Below are positions 57,656 to 64,000 of a DNA stretch of 64,000 nt, in pieces. This stretch comes from Candidatus Fervidifonticultor secundus (GTDB taxonomy: Bacteria > Sysuimicrobiota > Sysuimicrobiia > Sysuimicrobiales > Humicultoraceae). The notes under the pieces are model-generated. The model saw only the letters and a list, made by a program, of their open reading frames with translations. It had not been told where the DNA came from and made no database searches. The translations under genes and the position numbers were made by a program. The first letter of the stretch is position 1; each line of letters begins with the position of its first letter. Location: NCBI GenBank assembly GCA_031459385.1, contig JAVKIP010000006.1, positions 101,715 to 165,714 of the forward strand, read 5' to 3'.

Positions 57656-58975
57656 CTATCCCGCCAGCACGCGGTTGACCTCCGCCTCGGCGCGGGCGAG
57701 CGCCTCGCGCGGGGCGAGCCGGAGGTTGTACGCCTCCTGAATGTACGGTTCGATGGCCGCGTGCACCTGCGGCGCCTTCTCGTGGATCAGCGGGTAGTGC
57801 ACGTAGCCGCGGTTGGCCATATCGGTGAACTTGTTGAGGGCCAGCCGCCACGAGTCGGACTCCAGCAGCGCCCGCGAGCGCTGCGCGGGTAGGTACGCCG
57901 GAATGTGTCCGCCGTAGATGCCCCACTCGTCCGAGTGCTCGTTGATCCACTTGATCGTCCGGATGGCCGCCACCAGCATCTCGTTGGTCACGCGGTCGGG
58001 CCGCTGGCGCGGGATCACCAGGTTGTGGCTGTCGCCCCAGGTCACGGCCCGCTCGAAGAACTTCGGCACGTAGTGGAACCCGAAGTTCACCCTGCTGTCC
58101 TTCGCGGTGGGCAGGTACCAGTTACCGGCCAGCAGCATGCCCAGTTGCCCGGCGGCGAACTGCTTGAACCCGTCGGTCCCGGGCTGATTCCAGCCGCGGC
58201 GGATCATGGTCACCAGGTAGTCCAGCGCCCGCAGGCCGCGCTCGTCGTTGAACGCCGCGCGCTTCCCGTCGGGCGTCAGCAGCTCGCCGCCCTGCCCCCA
58301 GACCAGGATCTCCCAGGCGCGGCGAACCTTGCGGGGCAGCGCGTCTTCGGCCGGGTGGAAGGCGAAGCGGCCGGTGCGCGTACGCAGCGCCTCGCAGGCC
58401 CGCTCGAACTCTTCGCGGGTCTCGGGCGCACGATCCGGGTCCAGACCCGCCTGCCGGAACAGGTCCTTGTTGTACCACAGCCCCCACATGTGCGAGTCCA
58501 GCGGGACCAGGTAGCGCCTGCCCTGGTAGACGCCGGCCTCCCACACGTTCTTGGTGTACTGCGGCGCCCGGATGTCGGCGAGCTCCAGCAGGTTGCCCGC
58601 CCGCGACTCCTCCAGCGGCGTCAACGCCCGGTAGACGTCCATCACCCGGCTGGAGTGGCAGATGCCGATCTGCGGCGCGTTGCCCGCCCCCACGGCGGCG
58701 AACAGCTGCGCGTAGTACTCGGCCCACTGCCCCTGCAGCAGGTTCAGCTTCACCGTCCGGCTCTCGGCGTTGAACCGCCGGACGATGCGCTCCATGGCCG
58801 CGGCGTCGCCGCTGTGGAAGAGCGTGTAGTAGTCCAGGGTAATGGCGCGCTCCTGGGCCGCTACCCACGGCAGGCGCCACGTCCCTGTCGACGCCGCCAG
58901 CGCCGTCGCCGCTGCCGTCTTGAGCAAGGCGCGCCGGCTCACCGTTCCATCGTGGCCCGCATCGTTTCCCCTCAT
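57656..58975 (-). CDS. Tat-exported carbohydrate ABC substrate-binding protein
   Basis: SRRALLK Tat motif; LWYNKDLFRQAGLDP. Confidence 0.9.
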   Translation of the reverse strand: MRGNDAGHDGTVSRRALLKTAAATALAASTGTWRLPWVAAQERAITLDYYTLFHSGDAAAMERIVRRFNAESRTVKLNLLQGQWAEYYAQLFAAVGAGNAPQIGICHSSRVMDVYRALTPLEESRAGNLLELADIRAPQYTKNVWEAGVYQGRRYLVPLDSHMWGLWYNKDLFRQAGLDPDRAPETREEFERACEALRTRTGRFAFHPAEDALPRKVRRAWEILVWGQGGELLTPDGKRAAFNDERGLRALDYLVTMIRRGWNQPGTDGFKQFAAGQLGMLLAGNWYLPTAKDSRVNFGFHYVPKFFERAVTWGDSHNLVIPRQRPDRVTNEMLVAAIRTIKWINEHSDEWGIYGGHIPAYLPAQRSRALLESDSWRLALNKFTDMANRGYVHYPLIHEKAPQVHAAIEPYIQEAYNLRLAPREALARAEAEVNRVLAG

Positions 58976-58982
58976 CTCCTCG

Positions 58983-60761
58983 TCACCTCCGCTGCTCGCG
59001 CTCCTGCGCGGTCTCGTCGTCTCCGGCGTCCCCCGCGCGCACGTCGACCCCCCGTGCCGGCGCCCCGGCGGCCTGCGCGCGCACGTCGGCCCGCAGCGCC
59101 CGCAGGCGGCGCATCACCTCCGATCCCCCTTCGCCGAAGTGCCGTGCCAGGTCCAGGTACTCGCGGTAGAGTGCGTCGTACACCCGCTGCGCCCGCGCGC
59201 CGGGCCGAAAGGTCACGTAGTCGCGGTCGCCCATTCGCTCCGTGGCGGCGATCATGCCGTCGAGCCCACCGCGTGCCGCGCCTGCCGCGGCGGCCGCGTA
59301 GATGGCCGCCCCGACCGCCGACGCGTGCCGGGCCCGCGAGACCAGCACGTCGCGGCCGAGGACGTCGGCCGTGATCTGCAGCAGCAGCGGGCTGCGTTCG
59401 GCCAGGCCACCGCAGGCGATGACCTCCTGTACGGGAACGCCGCCGGCCTCGAACGTGTCGATGACGCGCCGGGTTCCGTAGGCGGTCGACTCCAGCAGCG
59501 CCCGGTAGATCTCGTGCGGCTCGGTGGCGATGGTGAGGCCCACCAGCAGCCCCGAGAGCTCGGCGTCTACCAGCGGCGTCCGGCAGCCGTTCCACCAGTC
59601 GAGCGCCAGCAACCCGGCCTCTCCCGGCCGGAGCGCCGCCGCCTGCGCCTCCAGGGCTGCGAAGAGCGCCGCCTCGTCCACCGCCCCGGCGGCGCCCGCA
59701 CCCCGGCCGGCACCGCGCGCGCTGACCACCCGGTCGGGCACGCTGGTACGCACGTACCACTGAAAGATGTCGCCCACCGAGACCTGCCCCGCCTCGTAAC
59801 CGAACAGCCCCGGCAGGATGCCGTCTTCCACCACGCCCGCGATCCCCCGGACGCTGCGGCGTCGGGGATCGACCAGCAGGTGGCAGGTCGACGTGCCCAT
59901 GATCGCCACCAGCCGGCCGGGCTCGTGCACTCCGACGGCCGGCACCGCTGCATGCGCGTCGATGACGGCCACGGCGACGGGCGTGCCCGCGCGCAGGCCC
60001 GTGCGGCGTGCCCAGGCGGCCGTGAGCTCTCCCGCGGCGGTCGCCACGGGCTGCGGGTCCCCCAGACGGTCGAGCAACGAGGGCAACGCCGGGTCGAGGG
60101 CGGCCCAGAAGGCCGCGGCAGGATACCCTTCCTGCTTCTGCCAGTGGGCCTTGTAGCCGGCCTGACAGGCGCTGCGCACCTCGCGGCCAGTCAGCTGCCA
60201 GACGATCCAGTCGCCGCCCTCGATCCAGCGCGCGGCGGCCCGCATGACCTCCGGGGCCTCGGCCAGCACCTGCCACCCCTTGGCCCACAGCCACTCCGAC
60301 GAGGTCTTGCCGCCGTACCAGCAGAGGAACCCGCCGCCGGGGCGGTCCGCCGCGGCATTGATGCGGTCCGCGTAGGGCTGCGCGGCGTGGTGCTTCCACA
60401 GCTTGGGCCACGCGTGGGGCTCGTGCTGGTAGTCGGGCAGGGTGCACAGGGGCGTCCCATCGGCGGTGGTGGGGAGCACCGTGCACGACGTGAAGTCCAC
60501 GCCGATGCCCGCGATGGCGTCTGGCGGCACGGCGGCCGCCATCGGACGGAGCAAGGCGTCCAGCGCCTGCAGCCAGTCGTCGGGGTGCTGCAGCGCCCAG
60601 TCCGGCGGCAGCACCCGGGTGCCACCGGGCAAGGCTCGATCGATGACGCCGTGCGGGTACGCCCAGGTGGCGGTGGCGGCCAGCGTACCGTCAGCCACCC
60701 GCACCAGCACCGCCCGGGCCGACTCCGTGCCGAAGTCGATACCGATGGTGTAGGTGGCCAT
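58983..60761 (-). CDS. araB: Ribulokinase (FGGY family)
   Basis: IGIDFGTES, DFTSCT, KLWKHHAAQ, IDAH, MGTSTC, YEAGQ..VGD, LDWWNGCRTPL. Confidence 0.9.
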   Translation of the reverse strand: MATYTIGIDFGTESARAVLVRVADGTLAATATWAYPHGVIDRALPGGTRVLPPDWALQHPDDWLQALDALLRPMAAAVPPDAIAGIGVDFTSCTVLPTTADGTPLCTLPDYQHEPHAWPKLWKHHAAQPYADRINAAADRPGGGFLCWYGGKTSSEWLWAKGWQVLAEAPEVMRAAARWIEGGDWIVWQLTGREVRSACQAGYKAHWQKQEGYPAAAFWAALDPALPSLLDRLGDPQPVATAAGELTAAWARRTGLRAGTPVAVAVIDAHAAVPAVGVHEPGRLVAIMGTSTCHLLVDPRRRSVRGIAGVVEDGILPGLFGYEAGQVSVGDIFQWYVRTSVPDRVVSARGAGRGAGAAGAVDEAALFAALEAQAAALRPGEAGLLALDWWNGCRTPLVDAELSGLLVGLTIATEPHEIYRALLESTAYGTRRVIDTFEAGGVPVQEVIACGGLAERSPLLLQITADVLGRDVLVSRARHASAVGAAIYAAAAAGAARGGLDGMIAATERMGDRDYVTFRPGARAQRVYDALYREYLDLARHFGEGGSEVMRRLRALRADVRAQAAGAPARGVDVRAGDAGDDETAQEREQRR

Positions 60762-60767
60762 CGTGGG

Positions 60768-62195
60768 TCAGCGCGCCACAGGCCCGAAGACGCGCGGTTC
60801 GACGCCGGCCATCCGGCAGAACCACACCAGGTCGGCGACCCAGTCGCCGTAGACCCCGTGAATGTGGTTGGAGTCGTATTCGGCCAGGAACTCCTCCGCC
60901 GGTACCCGCAGCCGGGCGAAGGCGTGCGGCCACTCGGGGGTGGTGGCCGCCACCATGCGCGCGGTGACCTCCGGCGGGAACTCCACCAGGTCGGCCGGGA
61001 CGATGGCCATCCAGTACCGGCCGTTGCGGCGAGCCAGGCGCGCCAGCGTCACCGGGCCGGGCGCCGCCACGTGCATCACCGAGGCGCCGCCTGCGGGGAA
61101 GTAGATGACCGCCGGGTAGAGATGCACGCGCGGGAGGTTCACGGCGGGGTCGAACGACCGCCCGGCAAAGTACGTGGCGTGCTGGCCGGAGTTGCAGAGG
61201 TCCCAGACGTCGGCGGCGGCGGCGTAGTGCCGCACGTCGGCGAACAGCACCGGGGTGCCGGCCAGGTGCTTGAAGATCTCCATGGTCAACGCCCCGTCGC
61301 TGTCGGCCTCGGTGGCACAGACGATGGGATCGTGGGGGCCTTCCCAGTCGTACGGGTCATTCAGGAACGCCTCGGCGACGTCCATGGTGGCAAAATGATT
61401 GGTCATCTCCGGCTGACCCTTGATCCCGCAGAAGTCCAGCCGCCACTCGTCCACCAACTCCCGCACCGCGTGGTAGGCCTTGATCTGGCGGCGCAGCACC
61501 TCGGGAGTCAGCTTCTTCCCGTCGTAGTGGATCGTCGCGCCGTGCCGCTGCAGCCAGGCGATTCCGGCGTCCGCCCGGCTGTCGGGGACCTGTGCGGCGC
61601 GCCGGACGATCTCGAACTGGTCGATGTGCTCGATGTCGATGCCGAAGTCGCGCCGCCACTGGTCCAGCGCCGGCACGGCGGTGTACATCCCCATGGACCG
61701 GCCGCCGATGACACCGTACACCTCGCCGCGCAGCCGGTTCTTCGTCACCGCCGGGCGCAGAAACTGCAGCAGTCGTTGGAAAACCTCCTCGTCGTCGACG
61801 TCGCCCGAGACGCGCCCGCAGAACACGCCCACCTGGTCCAGGCTCCCGGCCGCCGCCAGCATCGCCACCAGCCCGGGGTACTGCGGGTTCACGTTGGAGA
61901 ACAGCAGGATCGGGCCGGGGACGAACTGCGCGGCGACCGCCGAGAAGTGTGGCCAGGCCCAGATGGCGTAGTTGAAGACCGTGGCGTCTGTGCCCTGGGC
62001 CGCCAGGTAGCGCCCCTCGCGCTGGGCCAGGTCAGTGGTCCAGATGATCTCGCGCCCGGTGACGACCTCCCAGCCCGCCGCCCGCAGCCGCGCCACCAGG
62101 CGGTCCTGGAACTGCTGGCCGAGCGGAAGGAGTTCTTGGTGGACATGGGGGCGACCGTCGGAGAAGGTCAGGACTCCCACCTTGGGCGGTCTCAT
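60768..62195 (-). CDS. L-fucose/D-arabinose isomerase family protein
   Basis: FSDGR, WAWP, SMGM, CATEADSDGALTM, NSG, WPHAF, SNHIH as in FucI-type isomerases. Confidence 0.85.
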   Translation of the reverse strand: MRPPKVGVLTFSDGRPHVHQELLPLGQQFQDRLVARLRAAGWEVVTGREIIWTTDLAQREGRYLAAQGTDATVFNYAIWAWPHFSAVAAQFVPGPILLFSNVNPQYPGLVAMLAAAGSLDQVGVFCGRVSGDVDDEEVFQRLLQFLRPAVTKNRLRGEVYGVIGGRSMGMYTAVPALDQWRRDFGIDIEHIDQFEIVRRAAQVPDSRADAGIAWLQRHGATIHYDGKKLTPEVLRRQIKAYHAVRELVDEWRLDFCGIKGQPEMTNHFATMDVAEAFLNDPYDWEGPHDPIVCATEADSDGALTMEIFKHLAGTPVLFADVRHYAAAADVWDLCNSGQHATYFAGRSFDPAVNLPRVHLYPAVIYFPAGGASVMHVAAPGPVTLARLARRNGRYWMAIVPADLVEFPPEVTARMVAATTPEWPHAFARLRVPAEEFLAEYDSNHIHGVYGDWVADLVWFCRMAGVEPRVFGPVAR

Positions 62196-62228
62196 CGCTC
62201 GCCTCCGGTGCGCCGCCGGGCCGCTAGT

Positions 62229-62244
62229 GTGATAACGTTTTCAC
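62229..62244. promoter_or_regulatory. LacI-family operator 1
   Basis: Palindrome GTGATAACGTTTTCAC with central CG. Confidence 0.8.
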
Positions 62245-62357
62245 TTATTCGCGGTCCCGCCACCGGCTTCCTGCCCGAGATCGGAGCCCGGACGGGCACC
62301 GCCGCCAGCTTACGCGCGGCGGCCAAGCGGTGGCAATCAGGCCGAGAGCTGATCCCG

Positions 62358-62387
62358 GGCGCAGGGCACACCGGCGCAGGGCACACC
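62358..62387. repeat. 15-bp tandem direct repeat, 2 copies
   Basis: GGCGCAGGGCACACC twice. Confidence 0.85.
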
Positions 62388-62430
62388 GCAGCGTCCGGCA
62401 GGGATCGCCGTCCTGCCAACGAATCCACGG

Positions 62431-62444
62431 TGAGAACGTCCTCA
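62431..62444. promoter_or_regulatory. LacI-family operator 2 (autoregulatory)
   Basis: TGAGAACGTCCTCA, similar to operator 1, 13 bp upstream of the lacI ATG. Confidence 0.65.
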
Positions 62445-62457
62445 GATCGGAGCACCC

Positions 62458-63531
62458 ATGCCCACGCTCAAGGACGTCGCCCGGCACGCCGGCGTCTCGG
62501 TGCCCACTGCCGCCCGGGCGCTGGGCGGCTACGGACACGTGAGCCCGGCGGCCCGGGACCGGGTACTGCGCGCGGCCCGGATCCTGGACTACCAGGCCAA
62601 CGCCATCGCCAGGAGCATGATCAAAGGCCGCACCCACACCCTGGGCGTGATCGTCTCCGACAACGCCAACCCGTTCTTCGCGTCCGTGGTCCGGGGGATC
62701 GAGGACGTGGTCCTCGCCCGCGGCTACACCATCATGCTCTGCAACACCGACGAGGACCCGGCGAAAGAAGCGCTCTACATCGCCATGATCCGCCAGAAGC
62801 GGGCGGACGGCGCCATCATCTCGCCGTCGCGGGGTGCCTCGAAGCTGCTACGGGCGCTCGCCGCCAGCGGCGTGCCGGTGGTGCAGGTGGATCGCCGGAT
62901 CCGCGGCCTGGCGGCAGACGCTGTCGTGTGCGACAACCGGGCCGGGGTCGCTGCCGCCGTCGCACACCTGGTGCGCCTGGGACACCGGCGCATCGGGATG
63001 ATCAGTGGCCCCCGGCAGGTCTACACGGGCCGCGAGCGCCTCGTCGCATTTCGGACCGCCCTGCGCCGCATGGGGCTGCCCGTCGTCGAACGCTGGATCC
63101 TGGAGGGCACGTTCAAGGAGGAGAGCGGGTACGAGCTGGCAGGTCGCTTCCTCGAGGACCGCCGCCGGCCCACCGCCATCTTCGTCGCCAACAACCTGAT
63201 GACGATCGGAGCCCTCCTGCGCCTGAAGGAGGCGGGGGTGCGCATCCCGCAGGAGCTGGCCGTGGTGGGCTTCGACGACATGGACTGGGCCCCGATCCTG
63301 ACCCCCCCGCTGACGGCCGTCGCCCAGCCCTCCTACGACCTGGGGCGGACCGCCGGCGCCATGCTGCTGGAGCGCCTGGAGACCGGCGCCGGGCGGCCCC
63401 GGACCGTGGTCCTCCAGCCTCGCTTGGTGGTCCGCGAATCCTGCGGGGCGGCCAGGCCGGCGCAGGCGGCAGGGGCCCGTGTCGTTCCCCCTCGCACTAT
63501 GGCAAAATCAAGTAAGAACCCGATTGGGTAG
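62458..63531 (+). CDS. LacI family transcriptional regulator
   Basis: TLKDVARHAGVSVPTAARAL HTH, NPFF, VVGFDD, PPLTAV. Confidence 0.95.
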   Translation: MPTLKDVARHAGVSVPTAARALGGYGHVSPAARDRVLRAARILDYQANAIARSMIKGRTHTLGVIVSDNANPFFASVVRGIEDVVLARGYTIMLCNTDEDPAKEALYIAMIRQKRADGAIISPSRGASKLLRALAASGVPVVQVDRRIRGLAADAVVCDNRAGVAAAVAHLVRLGHRRIGMISGPRQVYTGRERLVAFRTALRRMGLPVVERWILEGTFKEESGYELAGRFLEDRRRPTAIFVANNLMTIGALLRLKEAGVRIPQELAVVGFDDMDWAPILTPPLTAVAQPSYDLGRTAGAMLLERLETGAGRPRTVVLQPRLVVRESCGAARPAQAAGARVVPPRTMAKSSKNPIG

Positions 63532-63627
63532 CGCCCCGGAGTTTCAGTAGCTTAATATTCCGGTAGACTCATGGTGACCTATGCCCCGACGCTTGTCGGG
63601 AGATGGAGCGTGCTGGAGGGATTGCGC

Positions 63628-64000
63628 ATGAAGACACCATCCCGCACCGCCCTCGCTATCGCGCTGGTCGCCCTGCTGCTGGCAAGCCTGGTCGGGATGA
63701 CCGCGGCCCAGCCGCGCCCCGGATGGCCGCGCTCGGTGACGATCGGGTCAGCCTCGATCGGTGGCGTCTACTTCGTCGTGGCCGGCGGCTGGGCGCGGGT
63801 GATCGGCGAGAAGATGGGCCTGCCGGCCACTAACCGCGTGACCGGTGGCCCGGTACAGAACATCCAGCTCGTGCAGACCAAAGAGATCGAGCTGGGCATG
63901 ACGACCACCGGACCGCTCTTCGAAGCGCTCGCCGGCATCGGCGAGTTTAGGGGGCGCAAGATGGACGCCGTTCGCGTCATCTTCCCCATGTATACCTGCT
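63628..64000 (+). CDS. TAXI family TRAP transporter solute-binding subunit, 5' part (not in the ORF track)
   Basis: MKTPSRTALAIALVALLL signal; TIGSASIGGVYF, TGGPVQNIQLV; runs off the window end. Confidence 0.85.
   Translation, partial: MKTPSRTALAIALVALLLASLVGMTAAQPRPGWPRSVTIGSASIGGVYFVVAGGWARVIGEKMGLPATNRVTGGPVQNIQLVQTKEIELGMTTTGPLFEALAGIGEFRGRKMDAVRVIFPMYTC

Noticed and set aside
62358..62387. CRISPR-like repeat
   Set aside because: Only two abutting 15-bp copies, with no spacers and no cas genes.

Overview
High-GC (roughly 70-75%) bacterial chromosomal segment with no phage, transposon, integrase or CRISPR signal. It is dominated by ABC transporters and catabolic enzymes, and a beta-barrel-like protein suggests a diderm cell. 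Gene style resembles thermophilic Armatimonadota/CSP1-3-like genomes, but that is a guess. Core genes: pruA/rocA, peptide ABC transporters, ArgR-boxed carAB, gltB, queF plus a VUT transporter, tRNA-Ala(TGC), dppA, ybaK and a HelY-like helicase. Most notable signals: (1) an ECF-sigma/zinc anti-sigma operon encoding an ArsM-like methyltransferase with an in-frame UGA at a conserved Cys position (probable selenoprotein missed by the ORF track), followed by AhpD-like, Tat-cupin, DUF1326 and DUF2182 genes; (2) a LacI-controlled cluster (sialidase-fold protein, DapA/NAL-type aldolase, FucI-type isomerase, ribulokinase, sugar ABC) whose logic fits Kdo -> pyruvate + D-arabinose -> D-ribulose-5-P; (3) a ykkC-family, ppGpp-type riboswitch with promoter and competing terminator in front of gltB; (4) a recurring AGG-N18-CGAA, sigma-H-like promoter motif upstream of many operons; (5) a ~15 kb N-heterocycle catabolic cluster; (6) several decayed gene remnants. 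All protein calls come from motif recognition, not database searches.
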